NCBI RefSeq assembly: GCF_009914755.1
Contig: NC_060925.1
Source of the DNA: the human T2T-CHM13v2.0 reference genome, Homo sapiens
DNA: 64,000 bases
Reading direction: 5' to 3' (one strand)
The notes below the pieces were generated by a model that was not told the DNA's origin, made no database searches, and worked only from the letters and a program-made list of their open reading frames with translations. Within the stretch, counting starts at the first letter, position 1. Each line of letters begins with the position of its first letter. This document shows, piece by piece, positions 16,325 through 35,059 of this stretch. A program made the translations under genes and the position numbers.

Positions 16325-18935
16325 CTGTGTGTGCGAAAGGGAATAAACTGAGGACTGGGAAACTGCTCTGGGCCTCCACTTCACAGGACAGAAAATGCAC
16401 GGCATTAGTGCCCAAACCTTGCATCACCTTGAATACACAGAAGGAACAGCAGAGGCAGGATCTGCCCACATCTGTTCCAGAACTTTGTGCTATGTAAGGC
16501 CATGTCACTTAACATCTCAGTTGATTTCCAGAACAACTCCATGAACTAAACAGGGAAGATGTTATATCAACTCCATTTCACAGGCTCAGAATGCTTAGAT
16601 AACCTGCCCAAAGTCTCATCTAGTTAAGTGGTAAAGCCAAAATCCAAATCCAGTGAATTTGAGCCCAAAACTGAGGTTCCCAACCCTGCCCTGAATAGAT
16701 AAAGGAATGCAAGTACGGAGCTGTGTTGTAATTACATATTTTCCCCGTAGGGGGCTCTGCAGCATACACTGAGCTTCCAGGTGTTGATCAAGAGTCCCAG
16801 AGGAGGTGGCTGTGTGCCTTTGAGGTTTCTCCCACTCCCTTGCACTCCCTTGGACCTGCTCCCCGTCTCCTCTTGCCCCAGGGCCATGACCCAGATATTC
16901 TTAAGTGCTTGAGGTGTCCACATTGCCATTATTTGTCCACCAGCCTCCCAGGCCAGACCCAGGAGGATTTGGGGGAGGCGAGAAGAGCAGCTGCAGACAC
17001 CAGGCCTGAAACGCTCAACAAAGTCATATTGCATAGAACAAGGCTACTCTGCTACTCAGCCTCAGCCCTGTGGCCCACACGACTGCAGCCCCAGGGGAAA
17101 CTCAACTGTGCAAAGTAGGACCACACAGGCCCAGCGTGTCCCCCAGGAGAAGGCAGCCTGGACATCCCCACAGGTGGGTACCTTGCTGCTGGCTCTCCCC
17201 ACTGTGTCTCCTATATATCAGGCCCTGGGATGCAAGCCACTTGACTTCTATTGGCCCTTTTCTCATCCAATAAATATGGCGACATACCAGAAACCCAGAG
17301 AATGAAGGCACAGGGTACAGCATCAGAATACCTGAGTTCGATTCCCAAATCTGCCACTTTCTAGCTCCATGTCATAGGTGTCTTATTTTCCCTTTCTAAG
17401 ATTCCGTTTCCTTCCTAGAAATGAAAACTCCTGACCTGCATACTGGCAGGGCTGTTGTGAGGCTGCAGTGATGGGAAACACCCTGTGAAGGATGGAGCCT
17501 GACCATTAGCACTGCCTTGCCATTGGGATGTCAACCCAGAGAGAGAAGGGCTCTCTGGAAGACCCCACCCCTGATGGATTGGCACAACCCTATCCTCTAC
17601 CCAGACTCCACCTGACACCATACCACACTAAGTAAGTGCTATCAGAATGACTATCAGCGAGGCCAAAGGGCCTCTCCCACCAGTTTTGGGCCCACCCTAC
17701 CCTAGTGAGCAACCCAACCCCAAGTCCCAGCAACCCACTTCCATTGTGCCCTGGTCCTGTTGTGAGAAGCAGGCCATAGCCAGCCCAGGCCTGATTTATG
17801 GCAGACACGCCTTCTCCCCAGCCATGTGGACCTGACCAGAGAGCAGCCCCATCAACTCCACTAAAAGAGTGCCTTCGTCTAATAGGAAGATTTCCTATCA
17901 CAGAATCCAAGAAAAATGTCTGTGAAGGTTCTCTGCTGGCCTTCCCATGTCCATCCTCACTCACCACCTGTCCCCCTCGCTCATTGCAGGGGAACGGCTC
18001 TGCCATAGCACCCTGAGACCTTGCACATCTCTCTCAGGCAAAGGTTTCAACCTCTGCTAAACTGGGTCTTGGCAAAATGCCTTGTGATCCACCCAGAACA
18101 CGAGAGTTCAGGTGGCCTGTGAGGCACAGCCTTGAAGCCATCTCCCCTGGGAGGCTGTCATGAGACTATTTCCCCTGGCTCCTGGGGTTCTGATGCAGTA
18201 TGGGACTTCTTGTCCTCAGAACACAGCTGCGGTCTCTAAGTCCTCTTTGCTGAAGGTAGAATTGGCCCCTCGGCATCTGGGTATTCCACAGCTCCCACTG
18301 CAGCCATCTGGCCCCTTTTGTTTCAATGTCATCTTTTCTGGTGTGGGACAAGTGCCCAGGGATCTGGAACCCTTGGCTACTCTTCCATTCGTTATATGAA
18401 TAATCAACTGTCTGAATCTCAAAGTGGCTCAGCGTAGCATCTTTCATAGGCCTTTCTCGGTGCTGTGTGTGCTTGATACCCACCCCATTGCTTCCTTTGC
18501 AGTTTCTCCTGCTAAGATTTTTTAAATTTCTTTAAGGAATTTGATAAGAGCATCCCTCTGCATCTGCATAGGCCTTTCCAAAGCACTTTCATATGTTTTC
18601 ACTCTCACAAAAAGGTATTGTTCCCATTTTAGTAATGAGGAAGCTCCAGGCCACAAGAGGAGGTTGTGGAAAAACTCAGTTCTCAGGGCCTGAAATCCCA
18701 TTCTCTGACCACTACTGTCCCAAGAACTCTGCTTCAGGTGGTCTAGGGTAGGTCCTGAGGCTTGACATTTTTCAGGAGATTCTCTCTGGCAACTCTAACT
18801 TACATATCTTTAAAAACAAAAAACAAAACAGTGCGCATAAATTAGTCTTGCAAATTGCGAATGTTACTAAAGCTGTAGAAATGACTGAGAGGCTGACACT
18901 GCCTCACCCACTGCTGCCATCTCTAAGACACCCAC

Positions 18936-19324
18936 TATAGACTTGCAGATGGTACTCCCAGGTGAGGGTGCTGCAGGAAATCCTCAGGTTAACATGGGCT
19001 CGGTAGGGCCCTGTATCCTCCCAGCTCAGGTTGCTGATCTACACGCAGGGATAAACCTGGACTCATGACACTCAAGCGACCCGAGGACCAGGTTTCCGCT
19101 TGGTAAAAGATGTCTGGGCCCCCAGCTTCTCCCATGGTTACTGTGGTGATCTCCATGGGGACCGAACGCGATATCCAGGAGATGGTCGCCACCTCCTGTC
19201 CAGAGCGATATCCAGGAGATGGTCGCCACCTCCTGTCCAGAGCGTCTGCAGGGGCAGAATGACAGACCCTCCTAGGTCCCAGTGACCACTAGGGGTGCTG
19301 TGGTCCCTCTGGAAGTCCCTGGTC
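18936..19324 (-). pseudogene. SLAM pseudogene exon 2 (first V-set Ig domain)
   Basis: tgtctgcag|GPGTSRGTTAPLVVTGT(fs)GGSVILPL..ATISWIS..GRLSV..(fs)ISNLSWEDTGPYRAHVNLR..EYHLQVY|gtggg; contains a 37-bp tandem duplication. Confidence 0.87.
19168..19244. repeat. Perfect 37-bp tandem duplication within pseudogene exon 2
   Basis: gcgatatccaggagatggtcgccacctcctgtccaga twice, followed by gcg. Confidence 0.95.
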
Positions 19325-21662
19325 CTGCAGACACAGAACAGAAGCTTCAGGGGGTAGCCTGACTACGCCAGAAGGTCACAACAGGCCTGAGAGGGGATTA
19401 TTATCCCCATTTTATAGACGGGAAAACAGTGACAAAGAATTTAGGTGACTTGCTCGAGACCACATCCCCAGAAGGCTTTGTCCAGTCACTTCTGAAACAG
19501 ATGTCACATCCTCTGAGGCCTAGCCAGGATTCCTGGGAACACATCTTTCTAGAGCAGGAGAACTTGTGGTGTGCTGGCCAAGCCAGTTTAAGGGTGCTCA
19601 GGGGGCAGCTGTTGGGATCCCAGCCTATACTTAAGAGGAGAGTGTAAGCACTGGGGAACCAGTCAGACTGCCCGAGTTCAAACTTGCTCTACCAGGTACT
19701 AGCTGTGTGATCTTGGGCAGGTGCTAAAACTCTCTGAATCTTGGTTTCTTACCTGTGAAAAACAGGAAAGGCCATCTTCTAGGATTTTGTGAGGGTTAAA
19801 TGAAATAATGCAAGTAAATACTATTCACTATTAGTATTCACTATAAGTATTGTGAATTATTATAATTCACTTCAATCCACTATTAGTATTATTAAAGGCA
19901 CTTTATATCACTGGAATAAATTAGTGAATGCACCTTGTTTGCATCCTCACCAAAACCAGTCAGAACTCTTGTAGAGCAATTTTGAAAACCACTCCTCAGT
20001 AGCATGACCTATCTCTGTCAGAGTATTTCTGCAGCACAGACATGCAGTCCCAGGAGGCAGAAATGCTGAAGCTGACCAAGGTCTACTACACACTTTTCTC
20101 TCTGTACAGCTGCGTACAGAGAGAAAAGGCAGCATGGGGTCTAGGGTTTGATTTCAAATTGGAATCTGGAAGCACTGGCTACATAACTGCTTCTTAGACT
20201 GGGTGATGAGGGTCCTTGCCAAGCTGAACTGAGGGGTCCTGAGGTCACGAGGAGTGGGAGGGTGTTTGCTGTCTTGTGAGGGTGTGTGCACCAAGCCAGG
20301 GGACATGCAGTGTCCTGGTGCACTCACCAGACTCCGCTGGCTGGCCCAATGTTATGTTCTTCCATGGAACTAACTATTCTGGCTCTGCCTGGAGTGGGCA
20401 GCAGGAAGCATCCCACACAGGGTGTTGCTGACACCAGATAGATATTCCTCTCCCCAAATACAGCCCAGGCCTGAAACCTAAGCTGGAGGTATTCCACCTG
20501 GAACAAGCAGCTTTGCCCCCGGCTTGTACCCTCTAGTGTGGTAACTCGCTAGACCGGTTTCCATTCTGCTTCCTTGTTACAGCCTTATCTGAGCTCTATA
20601 CTTCTGGTCCAGCCACGCCTTCCCCTTAGTTTCCTTTGGCCTGTGCTTTTGTTGAATTGTTTTGTTTCAAGCATTTACTTCATTCTGCCTCATACAAATA
20701 GCTGTGCTGTGTGTCTTTCCCTAGAGCCCATGAGCAACCCACGGAGAGAAGTTGGGAGGGAATTAATATCTGAGTAACAAGGTAAAGTAAGGCCAGCGGT
20801 TTAGCCTCATAGTTAGGTGTAGTTGGGGGAATCCAGTGAATCCTGTTTCTGGATTCAAGGGAGGAGGGGAAAGAGACAGAGAAGGATCAAATGCAGGGCA
20901 CAAATCCCAAAAGCCAGACACTTTGCCAAGCATATTATGCACATTACTTTCCTTAACCTTCCCAACAGACTTGTAAGGTAGGTATTCTTTTATCTCCACT
21001 TTATAGATGGAAGACCATGAGACTCAAAGAGCTTAAGGAACTTGCCCAAAGTCACCAGCTAGGAACAGCAGAGTACCGGTTAAAACCCAGGTGTGTCTGT
21101 CCCCAGAATCAAGGCTCTGTTTACTACACCAGCTGCCGGCAGCAGGCCTTCCCATGCCAAATTCTTTCCTGTGTCACACTGTCACCCGCTTTTCCCTAGC
21201 CACACACAGCATAGGACCTGGCACACAAGAGGACTTAACTGATGTTTCTAGAACTGAACTGAGGAACTGTGAACATTTTTAAGGCCACACTTGTCTTACT
21301 CAATCTCTTGCCGTGGGCCCAAGAGATGCCCCTGTGCTCAGTGATTACCAAGGGCCTGGCCCAGATGCTGTGGAGGGAGGAAAACACCGATATGCATGCT
21401 CCACAGTGGAAGAGGAAAAACGCAGGTGTGAGAAACATTGCAGTAATCCAGCTTCTTGGTTTCAGTTCTGTCTTTGGTCAGGGACACTGTGGTTCTCTGA
21501 TACACTCCTTGTTGCTCCTACCCAACAGCACAGTTGGGCTGTGCTGACTTTCAGTTTCGCAGATCACTGGAATATGCCACGTAATCTCTCTGAGCCTCAG
21601 TCTATCATCTATAAAATGGGTGAAATGCTACCTGCCTTGTCCATATCACAAGACTGTTATAG

Positions 21663-21965
<303 letters not shown>

Positions 21966-22101
21966 AGGGATCACGTTTTTAAAGATTTAAGTTAAAGTTC
22001 TTGATGAACTATCAAGGTTTAAACACATCTAGGGGATTCATCAGTTTATTAAAGGAGATCCCTAAAGGCTGGGGTGAAAACAACCCTGAACGCAGGTGAC
22101 T

Positions 22102-22569
22102 CTAAGAACAGAATGTGGGGGAGGAGCCAAGATGGCCGAATAGGAACAGCTCCGGTCTACAGCTCCCAGCATGAGCGACGCAGAAGATGGGTGATTTCTG
22201 CATTTCCGTCTGAGGTACCAGGTTCATCACACTAGGGAGTGCCAGACAGTGGGCACAGGTCAGTGGGTGCAGCACACCGTGCACGAGCCAAAGCAGGGCG
22301 AGGCATTGCCTCGCTCGGGAAGCGCACAGGGTCAGGGAGTTCCCTTTCCTAGTCAAAGAAAGGGGTGACAGACGGCACCTGGAAAATCGGGTCACTCCCA
22401 CCCGAATACTGCGCTTTTCTGATGGGCTTAAAAAACAGCGCACCAGGAGATTATATCCTGCACCTGGCTCGGAGGGTCCTACGCCCACGGAGTCTCGCTG
22501 ATTGCTAACACAGGAGTCTGAGATCAAACTGCAAGGTGGCAGCGAGGCTGGGGGAGGGGCACCCGCCAT
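22102..22569 (-). other. L1 ORF0 (antisense 5'UTR ORF), open for 155 codons
   Basis: ATG at 22569 gives MAGAPPPASLPPCSLISDSCVSNQRDSVGVGPSEPG..., the recognised ORF0 N-terminus; frame open to the stop at 22102. Confidence 0.75.
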
Positions 22570-23152
22570 TGCCCAGGCTTGCTTAGGTAAACGAAGCAGC
22601 CAGAAAGCTCCAACTGGGTGGAGCCCACCACAGCTCAAGGAGGCCTGCCTGCATCTGTAGGCTCCACCTCTGGAGGCAGGGCACAGACAAACAAAAAGAC
22701 AGCAGTAACCTCCGCAGACTTAAATGTCCCTGTCTGACAGCTTTGAAGAGAGCAGTGGTTCTCCCAGCACGCAGCTGGAGATCTGAGAACAGGCAGACTG
22801 CCTCCTCAAGTGGGTCCCTGACCCCTGACCCCTGAGCAGCCTAACTGGGAGGCACCCCCCAGTAGGGGCAGACTGATACCTCACACGGCCGGGTACTCCT
22901 CTGAGACAAAACTTCCAGAGGAACGATCAGACAGCAGCATTCGCGGTTCATGAAAAACCACTGTTCTGCAGACACTGCTGCTGATACCCAGGCAAACAGG
23001 GTCTGGAGTGGAACTCTAGCAAACTCCAACAGACCTGCAGCTGAGGGTCCTGTCTGTTAGAAGGAAAACTAACAAACAGAAAGGACATCCACACCAAAAA
23101 GCCATCGGTACATCACCATCATCAAAGACCAAAAGTAGATAAAACCACAAAG

Positions 23153-24139
23153 ATGGGGAAAAAACAGAGCAGAAAAACTGGAAACTCTAAAAAGCAGAAC
23201 ACCTCTCCTCCTCCAAAGGATCGCAGTTCCTCACCAGCAATGGAACAAAGCTGGATGGAGAATGACTTCGACGAGTTGAGAGAAGAAGTCCTCAGACGAT
23301 CAAACTATGAGCTACAGGAGGAAATTCAAACCAAAGGCAAAGAAGTTAAAAACTTTGAAAAAAATTTAGACGAATGTATAACTAGAATAGTCAATACAGA
23401 AAAGTGCTTAAAGGAGCTGATGGAGCTGAAAGCCAAGGCACGAGAACTACGTGAAGAATGCAGAAGCCTCAGGAGCTGATGCGATCAACTGGAAGAAAGG
23501 GTATCAGCAATGGAAGATGAAATGAATGAAATGAAGCAAGAAGGGAACAAACAAAGCCTCCAAGAAATATGGGACTATGTGAAAAGACCAAATCTACGTC
23601 TGACTGGTGTACCTGAAAGTGACGGGGAGAATGGAACTAAGTTGGAAAACACTCTGCAGGATATTATCCAGGAGAACTTCCCCAATCTAGCAAGGCAGGC
23701 CAACATTCAGATTCAGGAAATACAGAGAACACCACAAAGATACTCCTCGAGAAGAGCAACTCCAAGACACATAATTGTCAGATTCACCAAAGTTGAAATG
23801 AAGGAAAAAATGTTAAGAGCAGCCAGAGAGAAAGGTCGGGTTACCCACAAAGGGAAGCCCATCAGACTAACAGCTGATCTCTCGGCAGAAACTCTACAAG
23901 CCAGAAGAGAGTGGGGGCCAATATTCAACATTCTTAAAGAAAAGAATTTTCAACCCAGAATTTCATATCTGGCCAAACTAAGCTTCATAAGTGAAGGAGA
24001 AATAAAATCCTTTACAGACAAGCAAATGCTGAGAGATTTTGTCACCACCAGGCCTCCCCTAAAAGAGCTCCTGAAGGAAGCACTAAACATTGAAAGGAAC
24101 AACCAGTACCAGCCGCTGCAAAATCATGCCAAAATGTAA
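23153..24139 (+). pseudogene. L1 ORF1p, disrupted
   Basis: MGKKQSRKTG...QNHAKM; premature TGA at 23477-23479; short in-frame deletion near 23545. Confidence 0.95.
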
Positions 24140-24187
24140 AGATCATCAAGACTAGGAAGAAACTACATCAACTAACGAGCAAAATAA

Positions 24188-27853
<3,666 letters not shown>

Positions 27854-28674
27854 ACAATGAGAACACATGGACACAGGAAGGGGAACATCACACTCTGGGG
27901 ACTGTTGTGGGGTGGGGGGAGGGGGGAGGGATAGCATTGGGAGATATACCTAATGCTAGATGACGAGTTAGTGGGTGCAGCGCACCAGCATGTCACATGT
28001 ATACATATGTAATTAACCTGCACATTGTGCACATGTACCCTAAAACTTAAAGTATAATTAAAAAAAAAAGAACAGAACGTGCTGGTTTTCTCCTGATGGA
28101 GAATAAAAGTGAAAGCTTGAAACTCTGGAGACTAAGAGCAGAACCTGTCCCCTCATCATGAATATCTCAAGATCTGTGTTCCCCTAGCCTCCAAGTCCCA
28201 GGCCCATCCCCCTGTCATCTGTCAGGTTCTTAGAGGTGAGCAGTGAGAATCCACAGGGACAGGAATTACCAGTGTGCCAGGCTTGAGCTCCCCCACTGAA
28301 ACCACTTATGGGACATGAAAGGCCCAACTCAGGGTGAAGGGTGACTCCCAGCGGCTGGCAGGAGAGGGAGGAAGGGGAAAGAGATGCAAGAGAACCAGAT
28401 ACAAAACACAAATCCCAAGGCACTACATCACCACAGGTCTTTAAAAACCTGGACATCTCTGGAAACATGACTGAAATGACATGCTGCAGACTACATGCGT
28501 CTTGGAACTGACTGTGGCTGATCCTCCATCTCATGCCTCCACAATTCAGCCTCTCTGGAAATGCTCAGGCTCCTTGTGATACATTAGTCAAAGAGATGTG
28601 AGGGTCACAAGGACACCGTCTAGAGCTGCGTGACCTGAGGTTATAGCACATGCGCACAGACTTACGCACCCACG

Positions 28675-28712
28675 CGCACGTGCGCACACATACACACACA
28701 CACACGCACACA
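28675..28712. repeat. Imperfect (CA)/(CG) purine-pyrimidine repeat
   Basis: Direct read. Confidence 0.8.
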
Positions 28713-28825
28713 CAGAGCCTGGCTCCCATAGAGGCAGCACCTCAATGAAAATTGCACATTCCTAGAGTAAACCAGTGTACGCAGCAAATAGACGAGCCTG
28801 GGAGGCAGTGGAGGGGTGGACTTAC

Positions 28826-28874
28826 CTATGAAAAGACCAAGGAGGAGCAACAACCATGGTAGAGAATGGGCCAT
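28826..28874 (-). pseudogene. SLAM pseudogene exon 1 (signal peptide)
   Basis: ATG..MAHSLPWLLLLLGLFI-G|gtaagtccac; 49 nt, phase 1; the donor context ggtaagtccac is identical to that of LY9 exon 1. Confidence 0.8.
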
Positions 28875-29449
28875 AAAGTGCACCTGCAGAACTGCTTGTC
28901 ACATGGCAGCAGATGACGGACTATGCATGCGTAAATGTCAGCCTACTACCAGTTCCTGTTTTTAGTGTCACCACTTTAATCACATGTAGTTTATGTGTCA
29001 CAAGATATGAAGATGAGCGGACGCAAAAGAAAGAAGGATGAGAAGCGCCTGAACGAGCTACTTAAAAGCCAACGCCGGTGACATCACAGCCTTGCTTTAA
29101 ACCCCTCGGGGGTGTACCACCCCCACAAGGCTAAAGTCCGGGGTCAAAGTCCTTGTGGACAAGGCCCTTCATGATTGGCTTGTGTCTTGCCAACCTACCT
29201 GGCCACACTCTGTCACCAAGTCTCACAGCTTGGACTCCAGTCACCACAGACTGCTTCTAAAGCAGTCCCCTTGGGATTTCTCATTTTTGTAAATGCAGCT
29301 CTACTTCCTCAGGCCATCTTACTGATTGGATTGCCCTAGTCTCTGTCATCTACCTCACCCTAACACCCTCCTATTGCCCATCTCCAGTCATCACCACCTT
29401 GGGAAAGGCCTCCCTGAAGCCCCAGGCTAGGATGGTGCTAGAACATCCA

Positions 29450-29704
29450 TTCCCTCTTGCTGTTGGACATCAGGCCTGTGGTTATGGGTCAGGACACTTG
29501 TACTACCAGCCTCCCAGTTCTCAGGCCTTCTGACTCAGACCGGGACCTACACCACCAGCTTCCCTGGTACTCCAGCTTGCAGTCACCAGATCATGAGACT
29601 TCTCAGCCTCCATGATCATGTGAGCCAATTCCTATTAAAAGAGAAAAAAGGAAACAATATATATATTCAAGGTGTGGTTTCTCTGAAGATCCCTGGCTAA
29701 TACA
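29450..29704 (+). mobile_element. MLT2-type LTR fragment
   Basis: ctcagcctccatgatcatgtgagccaattcc...ccctggctaataca. Confidence 0.65.
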
Positions 29705-30288
29705 ACTGCCTGTGGCATTTGACACTTGAAATACTCTCTCCTCCTGGACGCCAGGATACCGTTCCCCCCGGGTTCTCTTCTCTCCTTCACTCAATGCATA
29801 TTCGTTGAGTTCCTGCTAGGTGCCACAAAAGCTCTGTGCTAAGGACTGGGGATACAGAGATGAAAGGAAGTGTCTGCAACCGTGTTGCTTACAGTCTAGT
29901 GGGAAAGAAAATTTATGTCAATAAAAAATAAAGTAATGCAGGTGGTTTTACTTTCTGGTTGGGTACAGTGTGTTGGGCATGAGGCTTTCTGGTTTGAATA
30001 CTGCCTCTGCTGCTTGCTAGTTGTGTGACCTAGGCAAACTACCTGCCAATCAATGAGAGTTAGGAGTTCTCCTTTATAATTTATTTCCTTGAAGATGGTT
30101 TTTGCACATAAAAATTTATTCATAGGCCATATTGCTTTTAAGAACTCATATTCAATTTATTAAATAAATAAATTTAAAACCTAAGTCAGCCTTAAGTTCA
30201 GTTCAGCTTACAAATCTTACTGTTCTGCTTACAAATTAGGCAAATTTTAACTACCCTTCTTGAGGACTATTAATAAGATTTAACTCAT

Positions 30289-30600
30289 GGCCAGGCATGG
30301 TGGCTCACACCTGGAATCCTAGCACTTTGGGAGGCCGAGGCAAGTGGATCACTTCGAGCTCAGGAGTTCGAGACCAGCCTGAGCAACATGGCGAAACCCC
30401 ATCTCTACAAGAAATACAAAAATGAGCCGGGCATGGTGGCTCATGACTGTGGTCCCAGCTACTCAGGAGGCTGAGGCTGGAGGATCGCTTGAGCAGGGAA
30501 GTAAAGGTTGTAGTGAGCCGAGATCGTACCACTGCACTTCAGCCTTGGTCACAGAGCAACATCCTGTCTCAAAAGTAAAATAATAATAATAATAATAATT
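30289..30600 (+). mobile_element. AluJ
   Basis: Dimeric Alu with (TAA)n tail. Confidence 0.9.
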
Positions 30601-30869
30601 TGACTCATTTTACAAATTTATAAGTTGATTCCCTTATTATTCTAACTTATAAATGTAATATATTTAGTTTTGTTTTAAAGTATTTTAATCAGCAAATAAA
30701 CTTCCCAAATACTTAAAGGCTTGTAAACCTAATACATTAAACTTCTAAGTGTGGTCATTCTTAAGTTGTCTTAAATTATTCAATTCTTCATGTAAATTAA
30801 GATTTCCAACTAAAATCACAAATGCACAAATGTAAATCAATTGCATAGTTTAAATCAGAAACACAAATA

Positions 30870-31585
<716 letters not shown>

Positions 31586-31839
31586 CAAAGTTTACTACAA
31601 TTTTAATGAACTAAATTTCCTCAAACAATACATATACTTAAAAAATACTAACTGATTACCTTGAACATGTCTATTTTGTATTCCTTATTTTCCCAGGATT
31701 GAAAGATTCATAACCACAAAAGAAACAATTATGTCATCCCATTTACAGCCATTTCCTGGGGTACCTTCTCAATTAGCTAAAGTTGCTTAATGACCAGAAA
31801 TATCACTGACATGTTAACTAATGGTATTACCAGCACCCC

Positions 31840-32245
<406 letters not shown>

Positions 32246-34265
32246 GGCAGCACCACTTTTTGCTTGTTTTGTTGCTACCCTCTAAAAGGCTGGTCTCATA
32301 GCCTATATCCCTAGATTCCACTTGAACACTGTGACATTCCCTAATTCTTCCCTCTACTGTGGCTGCAGCAGTTGATTTGATGTTGAATTTCTTTAGCTCC
32401 TAACATATATTTGTCTTTCCATCTAAGTGTAAAAAGCTTTGAGCTTGTCAAAATTCTACAGTCTTTCATATTCTTCCAATCTGTAGTAGCATATATATAC
32501 TGCAAGTCAAGACAACATTAGAAATAAAGTCCAAAAAATGCAATTGTGTAAAATGCAGGGTCGTCTTAATTGCACAGTGAATGAAGTGTTGGTTGGGGGC
32601 TGGTGGTGAAGCAACACAGCTGAGTATGTGGTTGTGGCTGCCAGACCCAAATCTCAACCCAGGCTGGAGTCTGATGCTACCTGGAGGCAATGCCCAGTTG
32701 ACAGGGGTGATTCTGGGCCTGTAGCTGGCGGGACTCCAAGGACAGTAGCAGGGATTTCAAAAATTTTCCAGTCAGTCACACCCACTTGCTGGGGTGGTTG
32801 AAGTATACTGAGAAGGACAACACTGGAGACGCCGGGGCCAACATCACTGGATGTTGCTCCCTGATTCCCAATGCTAGTGCCTTTGCCTCCCTGTCCTGAT
32901 GAGAATATTAGCCCTCCCCATGTGAGGACAGGGCACACTTAACAAATGCATCATACCAAAATTTATATTAATTTAGGTTTTACTATACTTAAATGATAAT
33001 ACTTAAATTGGATTTTGTGTATTATAAGGCTGTGTCCTCCTATGGTCACAACTTCAAAGGAGGTCATTTCAGTGATGTTACTTTCCTAAATCTCAGTTTT
33101 CTCATCTCTAAAATGGGGATAATTGGAGTATCATCCAAATAGGGTCTATCTTAGGATTAAAGGAGAAAACATATGTAAAGTTCTAAACACAGAGGCTCAC
33201 TCATAGTAATTACCCAATAAATGTTAGTAATGATTTTTATTATTACCAATCTCTCTGAATTCCCTTCTGCCTTTGCCCTCGCCTCCCATGCAGACTGTTC
33301 CTGCTCTCATGTTCTGTACCCAGACTCCTTCAATAGCTTCCGCACCTGTCTTCTCATCCCCAGGCTCATCCCTTCCACCCATTCTCCCTCCACTCTGCAG
33401 CTCCAGGAAGCTTCCTACTCCTACTGGATTCTTGTTGCCTTTAGCTTGGTAACAGGATGCTTTATCTGGGCTCTGGTAACCTCTCCTGACCGTATGTCCT
33501 GCAATCCCCTCTAGACAGCCCATGTTCTAGTCACAGGACCAAGGCTAGAGTGAAACAAGACACGCTCCTAGTGCACAAAATTTAAAGATTTTCAAGATTC
33601 TGTCACTTTCAATATTGTGCAACATCAGATCATGACCAGCCTCTAAAGATGCTTTCCATGGACATAAGCCTGTTATCTTAATGGTTTCTCTCTCTCTCTC
33701 CCTTCTTCCTTTGAACCCAGACTTCCTGGGTTCAAGTCCTTACTAACTATAAAACTTATAGTAAGCTATTTAACCCCTCTCCACCTCAGTTTTCTCATTT
33801 ATAGAATGGGGATGATAAAAGATATCTCATAAAACTATTGTAAGATCAAATGAGTGAATATGTTAAAGTGTCAGAAGATGGACTAGCACTCTGTAAGCTT
33901 TCATCGAATATTAGCTAAAACTACACATTCTGCCAGCCTCAAGTTTTCCTGCCAAGTCCCCTTAATGTTACAGCCTAAGTAAACAAATGACCTGAAGCCT
34001 GAAACACAAACCATAGCATGGCCAGCTATTACGCTACTGACAAGAAGAAGGAGGAGAAAAAGACAGTTTCCCAAGTCAGGATATAGGGAATCATGCCATT
34101 CTCCAGCCTACCTTTTCAACTCAGTCACCTCTACGCTGTCACATACGATGTCCACCCCCATTGCAGTCTCCCTGATGCCTTTGTCCATATTAAAAGTCCT
34201 TCATTGCATGTGACAGAAAGCTAGCACAAACTGCCTTGAGCAAAATAGAAAATGTATTGGGTCAC

Positions 34266-34925
34266 TGTATTAGTTATCTGTTGCTGTGTAACAAATTGCC
34301 CCAAACTTCACAGCTAAAAACAATAAGCATTTTTGATGAAAAATAAAAAATTGAAAAAAAATTTAAAAACCAAACATTTATTATCTCACAGTTTCTCTTG
34401 ATAAGGAATCTGGGCATGGCTTAGCTGGGTGCCTCTGGCTTAAGGTACTCACACAACTAACATCACGGTGTCAGCCAGGGCTGCAGTCATTTCAAGGACC
34501 TCCTGGGGAGGATCCACTTCCAGTCTCACTCATGTGATTCTTGGCTAGCCTCAGTCCTCATGGACAGTTGGCCAGAGGAATCAGCTCCTCGCCGATTGTT
34601 GGCTGGGGGCCTCCCTCTGTTCTTTGTTTTGGAACCCTCTCCCTAAAGTATCTCACAAAACAATACCTGGCTCCCCTCAGTGTAAGGTAGGGAGACAGAG
34701 ATAGTGGGAAAGACAGAGAGGGAGAGAGGGCAAGAGAAAGAGAGAGCGCATATGCACACACATGCTAACCCAAGATGGAAGTCACAGCTTTTTTGTAACC
34801 TAATCTCAGAAGTGACCCATCCCACATCTCTGCCACATTCTATTCACTTGAAGCAAGTCACTAAATCCAGGCCACACTAAAGAAGAGGTGATTACACAGA
34901 GGCATGAATGCCAGGAGGTACAGAT
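34266..34925 (-). mobile_element. MLT1-type LTR just upstream of the LY9 promoter
   Basis: tgtattagttatctgttgctgtgtaacaaattgccccaaa...atttattatctcacagtttc; far boundary approximate. Confidence 0.7.
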
Positions 34926-35059
34926 CTTTAGCAGTCACCTTTAGGAGCCAAATTTAGAACCCAAGTCCCTTGATGTCAAAGCAAGTGATGCTCCACATCA
35001 GTCACAAATGAGGCCCTGAATAGACTTGGGACCTCTACCTGCCTGCGCAGATGGGAGGA

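Noticed and set aside
14974-16508. Ig-like ORFs read as a functional gene
   Set aside because: Each Ig exon carries a stop or frameshift; treated as a pseudogene
19168-19244. 37-bp direct repeats of CRISPR-like length
   Set aside because: Two adjacent copies with no spacer, in eukaryotic DNA; a simple tandem duplication
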